Below the pieces are notes generated by a model. It worked only from the letters and a program-made list of their open reading frames with translations. It ran no database searches and was not told the DNA's origin. Both the position numbers and the translations under genes were made by a program. DNA of 61,151 nucleotides, filler included, from Sphacelaria rigidula (taxonomy: Eukaryota), in the NCBI GenBank assembly GCA_964200075.2. It is 10 parts of 10 records of this genome, joined end to end, with 100 filler letters (N's around TTAATTAATTAA, not from the genome) between each part and the next. Parts side by side here need not be neighbours in the genome. Positions count along the whole stretch, not along the records: positions 1 to 6,026 come from CAXNAA020022718.1; positions 6,127 to 12,151 come from CAXNAA020022719.1; 8 more parts are not named here. One strand, written 5' to 3'. Position 1 is the first letter of the stretch. Each line of letters begins with the position of its first letter. Shown piece after piece: positions 1 through 10,861 of this stretch.

Positions 1-376
1 AGATGACAGAAAGGCACCGCTGAACTTTTATCGTGAAAAAAAGCGAGGCAAACACCGCAAAAGGAAGGTGGAGTGCTACAAAAAAAAAAAAAACGGTGTT
101 GACCTCTCCCCTGTGTGACCCCTGCTGATGCGCTCACAAAAACCGAAAGGTGTACACTGACGTCAGGAAAATATGGGATGACAACACAAAACACACATCC
201 TAGATGGACGTTGGTGTCTCATATAGGTGTCCAAGATGGACATGATACTCCAGATAGATATCCCAAATAGATATTCCAAATGGATATCATACCCCAGATG
301 AAAATGGTATCTCAGATGGAGGTTGCACGATAATGCAAGACTCCCAAGCACACGACGACAGATGTGGCATCCAGAC

Positions 377-3300
377 CTGGCATCTCTCCGTTCTCTTGCT
401 AAGGACTTCCTCCGTTCTAGATTTCCCGTGAAGTTACCCTCGGCACCGTGCTCCCCACCCACGCGGCCGCCGGTTCCCCTCTCTCTGTCCTCCAGCTTTC
501 TTTTGTGCCACTCCTTTATCCTGCGATCGTACTCTGCCGGGTCTGTGTCCGCGAGAACATTCAACTCTTCCTGCTCTTTGGCGTCGCGATCCTAGAATAG
601 GGGCGAAGCGTACATTCACAGCGTCCCAACGCATGGGGGATGTTACGCGCGTGGACATGAGCGCTCGCGGAAAAAGGTGTACTCATGATCATGCATGCCA
701 TAGTCACAAAACCATTGACCTCCGCGGGGGGGAGGTTCGAACGTTTATATACATGTGTATGTATGTGTGCGTTAGTTGTTATTTTTTTGTCACATTTTGA
801 ACCCCTCCGTTTCCTCGGGACGAGTCCGTGGTCTCAAGGGATCAACCCATCTCCACCCGACACACGTCTTGCATTTTGATATCGCGGATTAGGTCAACAC
901 TCCCGCACACCGTCAACTCTCGCCAGATTGCGATCTCGCGGATTGGGCCAGCACTCCCGCACCGCGTCAACTCTCGCCAGACAAACTCTCAGTCACCTGA
1001 TTTCTGTCTACTCGCGTACAAGCGCGTTCGACCACAGAAATGAGATACTTTGAAGCGAATGCCCAACGCATCTTGCAGGAATTGAACCCACGTTCTCTTC
1101 ACCATAATGGTGACAGTCGGACCGCTAGACCACCGGGATGCGGCGGCGACACGCACACAAATATATGCATGTCTGCTGACACCGACGGGAGCGCTAGTTT
1201 TGGACGGATCTAGGACGGTATGCATGAGAGTAAGCCCGCATGCTACGGAACGTGTACGTCGACGAAAGGTCAGGAATATCACTGAAGCTGGCTCACTGAA
1301 GCAGACGCGCGACGTCGGCCTGGCCAAGAGCGATTCCCGGTATTCGGTGTACATTGGACACTTCCTAGGATAGCCCCCCCAAAAAACCAGCCCAACAGTG
1401 TCACGAAAAAAATGGCCATACAGTGCCTGATGTTTGGGTTCAGGCTGCATGAAACGCCTCGTATTGGCGATATTGGCGGGAACGAAGCCAAGCATGGGAA
1501 GTCCCACTTGCTCGTTGTGTTCGGCTTTCCCCATTTCGATATACGTGAAGATTTTGCCTCCCAAAGCCTGTTCGGCCCGAAGCCTACTGATTATCTTGCA
1601 TTTGGACGACAGCCAACAATGAGTTGCTTTATTCTGTGGTATCGCCACGTCCAGAGACAGCCATGGCTCTCTTTGGGGGGGAGGGGGCTAGCGTAGAAAG
1701 TGTCATTGCCGAAAGGCAGAAAACGGTGGTGTGCGATCGACGATGCAAAGCATGGGGGCTCACCTTAGCTTCCCGAGCGAGTCGTTCGGTATCATCCTTC
1801 TTCTTTTTCTCGAGCGTATCATATTCTTGTTTCCCTGCCTCGGTCTCCTTCGCCTTCTCCGCGGCTTCGCGCTTCCGGCGGTCGGCGTCGTCTGCCCGCT
1901 TCTGCACCACTCGCCTCATGTGTGCCTTGCTCGGGAGAAGGATAGCATTCGTGATTCCCCGAAGCAGCGATATTCGCAGAAAAAAGGCAAGACATAGAAC
2001 GTACACACAGCACACGCGAAGATGTTGACGGAAAAGAGACAGGCAGTGTCTACAACCATGGCTATTGTTATCGTGCGGGAGCGGGATATGTCCTGCCGGC
2101 CCGAGGCAGGACCACCACCTCAAGTAAGGGACGCAAAATGTACACAACGAAATAGCATATGCTCGATCGGACAGTACTCGCGAACGTGATAAGAATATAG
2201 TTTCGGAAACTTGTTTGTTTCCGTGAGCGTAAACGTTTCTCACTTTATTTTTTTGTCTTCTTCTCGGTGTGACCGTCTCGACAACTTGTTCTAATACCCA
2301 CAGGAGTGTGAATTTGACAAGAACCAATACTACCGGCAGACACAGTGCTATCGGACCGCGCAACACAAATCCACCGCACGCACACCTCTGGATTCGAAGC
2401 GAGTAATTCCGCCATCTCAGCAGCGTCTCGTTCGGCCTCTTCGACCTCTAACTTACGGCGCCGTTCTTCCGCGGCTAACTTCTTCCTTGCGGCCTCCTCC
2501 GCACGCAAGTCTGCAGTTAATAACACGTGTTCATCCTGACAGAAAACAAATGTTCGTTGTTGGTGGGGGTGACGATATGCTCGCAAGATGTTTCAGAAAT
2601 TTCTCGTGGACGTGCGAAACATGCCATTTTGTAATTCACGAGATAAACGTGATTATGCTGTGAGTAACGCCCACACCGTGGAACAGATGCCATGTTGACC
2701 ATGTCCATACTTCACCGCGAGGGCAGCTTACTACATGAACATCAGTAGCTTGTAAATCAGTCAGCCGAGAGTTTGGCACACATAACGCAGCGTTTTCTTT
2801 TGTGATGTTAAAACCCTGCATGGTGTCTACGCGAAGGTATTGTTGGTTTTCGTGTTGGCGCTTCGGTCTGCTACTGAGAACATTCTGTTCATGGTAAAGT
2901 GGGCGGCAAACATGTCTGCACTAAAACGGGGAAAAGTAGAAAAAGACGCATGAGGAGGGTTGACAACACGTGGATGCACACTCGAACATTTGCGTGTATG
3001 CGTTTCGGTTCATCGACGCACCCTTGACACTGACGACAGAGCGTGAAATGTTCGGCAATACTAGGCCAGAGGCTACAGCAATCAGCGAGGCAAACGCGCG
3101 AGACAACCGTCCCTATGAAGAACGAATGCACCATCTGTCTGATTTTGCTCACTTCTTCTGCCCAAAGTGCGGCCACCTTCACGTGCGCTGCATCCACGCA
3201 GATCTGTCTACACACCATCTCCCACTTCTCGGCGGTGTCCAATGCCGACGACTTCGTCTCAGGTAGTGCCTTCAATTCGAGGGAGATGGCGGATAGCGTT

Positions 3301-4030
3301 GTTCATCCGCATATTGCAAATGATCCACAGCAACTATCCGCCAAGAGCCGCTGTTCATTTGACGATTCCACATATTGGCAACCATTGCGGAGGGTTCAAT
3401 CTGGTAGAGTGCGTGATCGCGTCGACTGACCGAGGGTCTTACCAGGCGCCCTCCATAGTCAGAATCATAGCAACTAGCGTGAGGTGCCACGGCATGGAAC
3501 ATGACACCCATGAGATATGAATTGCCTTCGGAACAACCAGAAAATACATGGTGGAGAATTTCAGTGGAGACCCGACTGCCTTGTTGGTGCAGTCTACATG
3601 ACTAATCGACCACTATATTCGACATACTCAGAGTGCACAGCCGACGCCAGACACCATCTCCAATGAAAAGTATGTACAGTATCATAGATCGCGTCCGACG
3701 TTCAAGACAGCCGAGGCAAGTGCGTAGGTGCGCAGCGGGAATCGGCATTGGCGCTCGGCATCATCCTTCATCAAATAGCCCCACCTTCAGGAGTAAAAAG
3801 TCCAGAATCATCTGATCCGGGACATAGGCCAGCTCTGCCTTTATGTCCGATGGTATGGCCTTATACACGGCTTTTAGGGCATCCTCCACGTGCTGTCTTA
3901 GAACCTCCGCGTTGTCTAGACGAATCGTGCGGAGTTCTGCCGGCCGACCGGCGTCGGCTAGGTTGAAGTCGTCGTAGCACCTTTGGGTCGTCTGCCGCAC
4001 AAAACGAACGGTGTCATCGATCCCATTTCA
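377..4030 (-). CDS. Uncharacterised multi-exon gene with charged/coiled-coil C-terminal half, possibly pseudogenised
   Basis: AG/GT-bounded phase-0 exons at 2535-2386 (DEHVLLTADLRAEEAARKKLAAEERRRKLE..) and 1925-1764 (AHMRRVVQKRADDADRRKREAAEK..), plus an exon from 591 (DRDAKEQEELNVLADTDPAEYDRRIKEW..). Further coding-like segments near 2915-2710, 3300-3153 and 4000-3690 have frameshifts or stops. No family recognised; ends approximate. Confidence 0.5.
676..722 (-). mobile_element. 3'-end-only copy of non-autonomous retroelement family A
   Basis: Reverse complement reads GGTCAATGGTTTTGTGACTATGGCATGCATGATCATGAGTACACC, preceded by a C-run. Matches copies at 24030, 36470, 42920, 51140 and 61110. 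Confidence 0.75.
780..1140 (-). mobile_element. tRNA-derived SINE (family C), near full length
   Basis: Minus-strand head with Pol III A-box TGGTCTAGCGG (1132-1122) and B-box GGTTCAATTCC (1088-1078). Body (..GATGGGTTGATCCCTTGAGACCACGGACTCGT..) is shared with 28137-28430, 30890-31150, 12330-12460, 5905-5950 and 18215-18250. Internal ~50-bp duplication. Confidence 0.75.
1357..1704. mobile_element. MITE family D (TIR GACACTTTCTACGATAGCCCCC) carrying a ~100-bp fragment of family A
   Basis: Imperfect TIRs at both ends, flanked by ATTG on both sides. Same family at 6185-6451, 24502-24550 and 48574-48826. Confidence 0.8.
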
Positions 4031-4639
4031 TGACGGAAGTGGATAGCAAGGGGTTGATGTTTAGCGAATAGCATTCGTGGAGGCCTTGCCGGAGTTGTGT
4101 CTACAGCCAAAAGCAGAATTTGTGTCGTTGAGCGAGTTGTTCCAGGTGGGGTTTTCTCTTCCACAGTAGTTTCCGGACAAAAATCAATGATGAGTGTTTC
4201 GAGAGGTGTTGCTCACGGACTACGACATTTTCCACGGTTTGGGCGAATCATCGCCGGTTTGAATCACCAAATCTACGATTTCTCAGGCCTGATTTCTCGA
4301 AAGAGAGAAAGAAGGTTGACCGGTCGTTAAAAAGGTTACCACACATTTTTTGCGCCATTCCACGTGCCTGGGTTAGTGTGCCTGGGTTACAAAGCTAAAA
4401 AGGAAGCCCAAGGAGTGATTCGTACGGTACGAATCAATTACATTAAAATCAAGTAATTTCCAGGCGAATCATTAATTCGTCCGACCCTTCATATTTTGGC
4501 ATGCAAGGCCCGGGCGAAAAGAAGAACACACAGGGTCTCCGCGGATGTAATAAGTGGAACATACATCGGTTTCGAGATTCGTACTGACCGTGGATTTTGA
4601 TATTTGATTGGTTGTCGGATTCTGATATTTGATGATTAA

Positions 4640-5700
4640 GAAATGTTGCCTTTGGCTACAACAGCGATGCTAGAAATGAGGTAATGAGAGGAAAACGCAC
4701 AGCACAAGTCCATACATTTGTTCAAATTCCTCGCTCTTCCGCGCCAAGTTGTCACAGGGACAAGGCGTAAATACCACAAATGTCTGTGTGGGGAGCAACG
4801 TTTGAGCGTGGTCCCCACCATCTCCAACATTTGTGTCGCAGGGGTACAGAAACCGTAAACCTTGGATGAATATTGCTCATGGCAATACAATATATGTCAT
4901 GAACTTATTTTAAGCCAAATGTATGTAATTTTCGGACTAAGCGGTAGTTTCGAGTTAATTATTAGATGTTCGCTGATTGGCGTGGGGTAGATATGTACGC
5001 GTTTACTACAGGGAATTTCGACGGCACTGACCTCCTTGAATTGTGCACTTGTCTCAAGCCACAACCGAGTGTGCCTCGTCTTCTCCATCTCCCTTCCCTT
5101 TAAATACACCGCATCATCCAATAGGACAGTACTGGCCGGACAGAGACAGGGGTGCCACACAGCAGCGAGAGATAACCGACGGAATACCGTGACAATAAAA
5201 ATTGATGCGATTGGACATCAGCTTTAACCCTGGCTGTTCTTTCGAGTGCACAGCTCAAACCGCGGCAACCTTTTTACTGGCACAAATATTCACGAAGTAG
5301 TGACAGTGCTACGCAGCCAACATCCGTCACAAAACCTCTGTGGTATGCCGCGATTTCCCCCTGAAAGCCGTCGCGATCTGCCAGTAAAGCCACATGATAG
5401 CGTGAGAAGTCTACGAAGTACACGAAATTATTCAGCAGACACTCCGTCTTTGGCGCAATGTCAAGAGGTCATTCTCAGAGTATGTGGAACTAACTTGTCT
5501 CCGAGGAATTGCTTAGTCCACCATGACGGTGGTCGGGACAGCTCTTGGGTGGGATGCGTCTTGTCCAAAGACTCAGCCATCGCGTGCGCGGAATCTACCA
5601 CTCCTATCGGTCCTTCCTCGTCTTTGTCGGCGATTATCTGCTGCCGAAAACAATTGGGAATGAAAGTTCGGTTCGGGCTTAACTTTTTTTGAACTAGGCA
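4640..5700 (-). pseudogene. Degraded coding-like region of unknown product
   Basis: Acceptor TTTTCGGCAG at 5641, then QIIADKDEEGPIGVVDSAHAM.. and frameshifted segments (DIAPKTECLLNNFVYFVDFSRYHVALL.., LLDDAVYLKGREMEKTRHTRLWLE..). No recognised family. Confidence 0.3.
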
Positions 5701-6026
5701 AATAAGGGCAAACTCCTACGTAGCCCTTCCAAAAGCATCGGGCACACGGTACTAGTGGATTCGCTAGGCGGAGTGTGAGAGCGATGGCGGACGTGAGAAC
5801 GATGCATACGTACATGTCAGGATCCGTGTTTGACGGCCACCTTTCGGTGTACGTGGTCACCGTGACAAAAAATTGCTGTTTCTTCAATCGAAAGTCCAAG
5901 GCCTTCCCTTCCTCGGGACGAGTCCCTCGTATCAAGACCTCAACTCATCACCCCCCCCCCCCCCCCCCCCGCTCGCCCTCGTCCGGCCGCCGGCCCGCGC
6001 TCCGCCCCACGGGCTGCCGCGGGGCG

Positions 6027-6126
6027 NNNNNNNNNNNNNNNNNNNNNNNNNNNNNNNNNNNNNNNNNNNNTTAATTAATTAANNNNNNNNNNNNNNNNNN
6101 NNNNNNNNNNNNNNNNNNNNNNNNNN
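6027..6126. other. Artificial contig-joining spacer (44 N + TTAATTAATTAA + 44 N)
   Basis: Identical spacers at 6027, 12152, 18277, 24402, 30527, 36652, 42777, 48902 and 55027, each 100 nt. The 12-mer puts stops in all six frames. The contigs between them are 6025-6026 bp. Confidence 0.98.
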
Positions 6127-6184
6127 AGCACCGTCCCTACTCCCAATTAAAGGCGAGCGGAGGGAGTAAACTCGTCCTGTTCCA

Positions 6185-6451
6185 GGCACCTTTTACGATA
6201 GCTTCCCCCCCCCCCCAAAAAAAAAAAAGAAACAGCCCAAAAGTATCACGAAGAAAATGGTCATACAGTGCCTGATGGTTGGTTTCACGCTGTATTAAGT
6301 GCCTCGTATGGGCGACATTGGCGACAACGAACCCAAGCGTGGGGATTCCCAGCTGCTCGCTATGTTCGGATTTCTTCATTTCGATATACGTGTAGATTTT
6401 GCCTCCCAAAAGCCGCCACTTTTTCCGAGGGGTGCTATCGTAGAAAGTGTA
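6185..6451. mobile_element. MITE family D, complete copy
   Basis: TIRs GGCACCTTTTACGATAGC / GCTATCGTAGAAAGTGTA, flanked by TTCCA on both sides. Internal sequence homologous to 1357-1704. Confidence 0.8.
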
Positions 6452-8406
6452 TTCCAGAAGATGTTCCACATCGTGGCGAGCACGAGATTGCCCACTTCTT
6501 GATAATCTGCGGCAAATCTACGTTACAGGGGAGAAGACAGACGGGCGTTGTGGCTGGAGTGTGTACGAACTGTTACAGAGTGACTGATCGCTTTTACTCA
6601 CATCTACCTTTGGCGTGTTGTGTACTTGTATTCTGCTCTTGAATCTAATTTGCAAGACACCGCCATGTCAAGTCCTATATATCATCTGGCGCACAAGCTT
6701 CTCGAGCAAGCTCCAACGTGAGTTCCTTCGAACATTCTACCCCACGGAGTTGTGCCTTAGAACACGGCCCTGGTTTTTCACGATGCTCTCGTACTGTAGC
6801 TACCACTTGTCCTGTAGAGAGGGGCTGGGGCTGGGGGCGTGCTCATTCGTTGCTTGCCCTGGTCATTTGACCATTGACCACGCACCCCTTGGAGACGGAG
6901 AACCGTTCCTACTCCTAATAATAGATGAACCTCCAACATTTGGGCGCTCACTATGTTTACTCCGTAAAATACACTATTATACAGAGGCCTTTTACATTTT
7001 TTGTGCCCTCCCTGTTTTGCCGTCCCTGGTCGCCATCTATCCCCTAGTATAGCGATCGTTTTCTCGCCACTGTTCAATGTACCGAACGGTTTCACGCCAC
7101 TTTCTTTTACTTCCCACATCTCCTTCTCTAGCACGTCCCGCGCCTTCTTGTATAGTTCACATTCTCCCACTATATGGGTTCTACTTTCAATTGTTTTGCC
7201 GCAGGGGGAAATGTATGCATCTACTTCCTCCCCCACCTGGCTACTGGTACACCTCTTTATGGCAGGCTCAGGTCCCCCACCCGAAAACGTGGTTTAATTT
7301 TTTTCGTCCCGTCCAGCAGGTCGTGCAGATATATCTTCATCCCTATAATCTCTCTCAATCCCCAGCATACCGTCTGATGCTCTTCGTCGTCCTATTCCCG
7401 TCCGAGCGCTCCTCTTTCCCATATTTCTGTCATGTATTTTACTCTTGTCTTGTACCCGCCGCATTCATCTATGGACATTATCTGGTGTTGGTTTTGTCCT
7501 GTATCCTTCCAAAGTCTCTCGACTACGCTATCCCACCTTACTCCTGCTTTCCCATTCGTCATTTTCTTTCATACAGCCCCATCAACTATGGCTGACAAAA
7601 TCTTTTCTTGCCATGTTTTTTACGCCATATTGTCATTACAATTTTTTTTTACATGTCTCTCTTCGTTCCAAGTGTGTACGTTCCCAACTCTGCTCTCAAT
7701 GTATATACTCGTCGTTTTTGAGTGTCCAATTATTTTCTCTACTGCTGCTGCCATCTGTACTGTTTCCAGTTGCTTCAAAAACTTCGCATTCTCTTTCCAT
7801 ACCTACCCTGCATATTCCAGCTTGGGTACGATCACGTTCATCAGGATACGTCTCTTAATCCTAGTATCCGGGTGCGAGTCTCTGAGGATCACGTCCATCT
7901 TGCCGATCTGTGCCTCATCCTCTCCTATTACTTCGTCTATGTGTGCACCCTAAAACACTATTTTTGAGATCTCTACGCCAAGGTATGTATACTGGTCTAC
8001 GATCGGCTGTTCCTTATCTTCGTTACGTGCAAGTACCGCGTATTTGCTCACGTTCGCTGTCACTCTCCATTCCCTAGTGTATTCTAGCGCCTTCTCTAAT
8101 AGCTTCTGCAGTCCTTCTGATGTTTCTGATATCCCCACGAAATCATCCGCGAAACATCGATCCCGACACCGTGTCTTCCCCCACCTTGATTTTTTGCCAT
8201 GCTGCTTATACTGCTACTATCATGTCATCGATAAATACCTTGAATAAAGTTTGTGATATCGCACATGCTGGCGCAACTCCTTGTACAACATGAAAATATT
8301 TCGAGAATTCACCGCCTAGCATCATAGCACTTTTGGCACGTTCTGTCATCTTCTTCCACCATTCTCCACATTTTCCCTTTAATGCCAGTTTCCCACATAC
8401 GTTTCA

Positions 8407-9910
8407 CACGTCTGACGAGTCATTACTCGTCGAAACGAGTGCACTCGTGGATGTTTTTTGAAAACACAACGAGCATGACTCGTGTGCTCGAGCCATTACT
8501 TTTTTTGACAACGAGCATTGACTCGTGCGCTCGAGTCATTGCTTTTTTGTACATCGGGCAATGAAACGAGTGCTCGCCCTATTATTTTTTTCCACAACGA
8601 GCAATGACTCGAGTGCTCGCCCTATTAACCCTTCTGGGACCGACCCCTCACTAACACTGGGTTGACCATGTGTTGGTGAAATAATAAAGAAGAAATCAGG
8701 GAGCGAGCGACCTGCCCAATCACGGCGAGGCGAAATTTATAGACGAGGCCCGAACGACCAGCGCGCGGACTGTTGCCGAGTGTGATGTCACTGCAAAGAT
8801 CGTGTGAGAGCCCTATCCCTGGCCCAGATATGCCTTCTCAGGTTTCTAACGCTAGGATGCTCGGAGCATGGCTTATCGTATTACTTGCACTCAGTATCCT
8901 GTAGCGTTCCCGGGGTTTCACAGGAGTTTTCTTGGGTCGCCAGCCCATACTAAAACGTAATAATTACACTAACGCAGGGTGAAGTGGGAAAACCGGGAAG
9001 GAGTGTACATGCCACAATGTGGTCATTTTCATGAGGCACTAAACCCAGGTGGGCTGTGGAAAGACAAAGGAGCTACCGTCATGAATTCTGCGTATCCCTC
9101 TGCCGATGACTTGCAGAACATTGTGAACATGTATGTGTTACTGTAGTGGGCGGGGATGACAAAACTGTGTATATGCAGCTGATCTCCATCGCTGAGAACT
9201 GCCCAGAACGTGCAAGGGAGTATGCAGCGGCAGCTGCTGCTGCAGTCGGAGACGCGTACTGCCCTGCACTGTACTGTATGTATATGCGCCGCAACGCCGA
9301 TACCCTTCATAGAGAGTTTGTCGCATGCAACAAAGAGGGAAATCGTGGCCCACCCCGACCACAAAGGGCTGTGTGGCGAGGCGATGGGGACAAGAATAAC
9401 ATCCAAAGCCACAAGTAGCGGGCGGCCCGCGGGTCGCTGCATCCTGTTGACAGCTCTCTACGGCGACGCATACTGCTTGCTACATCAGATGTACATCACC
9501 TAATGCGCACCCTGCACCTGAAAATAGATTGGACGAAACTTTCGGTCTTCCTCATAACCCTGTGGTTACATACGCGTATTTTCAGCAACATGCCACTGTT
9601 TCGTGCAGACGTCAGACTCGTCATTCCTAACCAGCCTCATTGGTCGTCCTGGAGGCCCGGTCCCAACAGGGTCAATTTTTTTCACAACAAGCCATGGCAC
9701 GAGTACTCACCCCCTTTTCTTTTTCACAACGAGCAATGACTCGAGTGCTCGCCCTGTTAGTTTGTTTCCACAACGGGCAATGACTTGAGTGCTATTATTT
9801 TTTTCCCACGACGAGTAATGACTCGAGTGCTCGCTCTATAAAGTTTTACGGCCAACGAGCAGCCCAGCGAGTGCGAGTGCCACGAGTCACACTCGTGCTC
9901 GTCCGTCGTG
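8407..9910. mobile_element. Non-autonomous CACTA/CMC-like element with ACGAG/CTCG subterminal repeats, inserted in the LINE RT
   Basis: TIRs CACGTCTGACGAG / CTCGTCCGTCGTG with flanks CA / CG (2-bp TSD allowing CpG decay). ~40-bp repeats (ACAACGAGCAATGACTCGAGTGCTCG) near both ends. The LINE peptide resumes on both sides. Confidence 0.7.
8629..9671 (+). mobile_element. piggyBac-like element with possible transposase C-terminal remnant
   Basis: TTAA|CCCTTCTGGGACCG ... CGGTCCCAACAGGG|TCAA. Internal degraded peptides (NIVNMYVLL, QLISIAENC, GRCIL..ACYIRC) loosely resemble a piggyBac transposase C-terminus. Confidence 0.7.
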
Positions 9911-10645
9911 CGATATTTTTCCACAATCAATTTCTCCATGCTGTATCACAGGCCTTTTGTGCGTCTAGAAAGAAACATCACGTTGTCAGCCCGGTAGCTT
10001 TCCTACACTGAATAATCTTACCTAATGCGTACAAATGGTCTTCGCAACTACGGTTTGGTCTAATAGTTGCTTGCCCCTCGCTGATTCTTCCTTCCTTCTC
10101 TAGCATCGTTCCCACTCCATCCTTTCCCTACGGTGCCCAGTAGTAGCGTTATTCCTCTAGAATTCCCTGGGTCAGCCTCATCTCTTTTTTTGAAAAGGTT
10201 CGCGACTGCTCCTCTCCACCTCTTGGGTGTGTACTCGTCGTCCCATATCCAATTATTCGGCATAATCATCATGGTAATCCTTTCCTCTCCCCCGTACTCG
10301 AGAAATTTGTTCATTACTTCGTTTGGCCCTGCTGCCTCTCTGTTCCTGAGTTTAGCTATCAATACACACGCCCTTTACTTTTTTTCTTTGGAACTCTCTC
10401 TGAAATTCTTTCGAACCACTATCTTCTCGTTTTGAAGCCTCTACATTTGCCTCTGCCCACGCGTTGATTCCGCTCTCGAATTCCGCGTCAAACCTCTTTT
10501 AAGCTGTTGGTGCTCCGAGTCCGCGGGGGTGCTTTACCAGCGCGTTCTCTCTTCCCCTTCGAACAGCTAGCCATTTCACCGTTCACACCGCCGTCGGTGA
10601 CCCCCAACTCCCCCTACCCCCCTTGTTACAAAACTGCCTCAACAG

Positions 10646-10861
10646 GTGCTGGAGGAAGCTCTCCTCCCGTTCCTCTCCGGTTTCCCGACTAGTCGACTGA
10701 AGCTCATCACCATGTATATTGAGCAACGCAGGGCCCGCGACCAGCGTGCTGTCTTGGCGAACGAGAAAAATAACAATCTGTTCGGCACCGTCGATATCAG
10801 AAGTGGAGGGGTGGTGGGTGGGAAAGCGGTGCTGTCCGGTACACCGATGAGCGTGCCTTGA
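10646..10861 (+). CDS. CLASP: Terminal exon of a CLASP (CLIP-associated microtubule-binding protein) homologue
   Basis: Pyrimidine tract + CAACAG acceptor. VLEEALLPFLSGFPTSRLKLITMYIEQRRAR matches the CLASP C-terminal pattern (LxPxLxxLxxxxLKL(L/V)xxYI). Stop at 10861; upstream exons not found on this contig. Confidence 0.65.
   Translation: MLEEALLPFLSGFPTSRLKLITMYIEQRRARDQRAVLANEKNNNLFGTVDIRSGGVVGGKAVLSGTPMSVP

Larger units (their letters stand above)
6833..10590 (-). mobile_element. 5'-truncated, degraded non-LTR retrotransposon (LINE, family B) with reverse transcriptase remnants
   Basis: RT N-terminal motifs (KLRNREAAGPNEVMNKFLEYGG..NLFKKRDEADPGNSRGITLL, 10362-10140), a DxQKAxD segment (~9965), FADD followed by GISETSEGLQKLLEKALEY (~8155) and a C-terminal CCHC-like PCGKTIESRTHIVGEC (~7200). 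Ends in ..ATGAGCACGCCCCC. Many stops and frameshifts; interrupted at 8407-9910. Confidence 0.9.

Noticed and set aside
989..1648. 219-aa ORF with similar ORFs at 6137-6469 and 48536-48784
   Set aside because: The similarity comes from non-coding MITE D and SINE sequence, not a protein family.
4740..5420. Ulp1-like cysteine protease (RYHVALL and DICGIYAL fragments)
   Set aside because: The motifs lie in different interrupted frames and the His-Trp and Gln signatures are absent; needs a profile search.
6071..6082. Recurrent TTAATTAATTAA motif and ORFs ending in X..LIN
   Set aside because: Artificial linker.
8415..8625. Second CRISPR-like or iteron-like repeat series
   Set aside because: These are subterminal repeats of the 8407-9910 element, recurring at 9680-9900.
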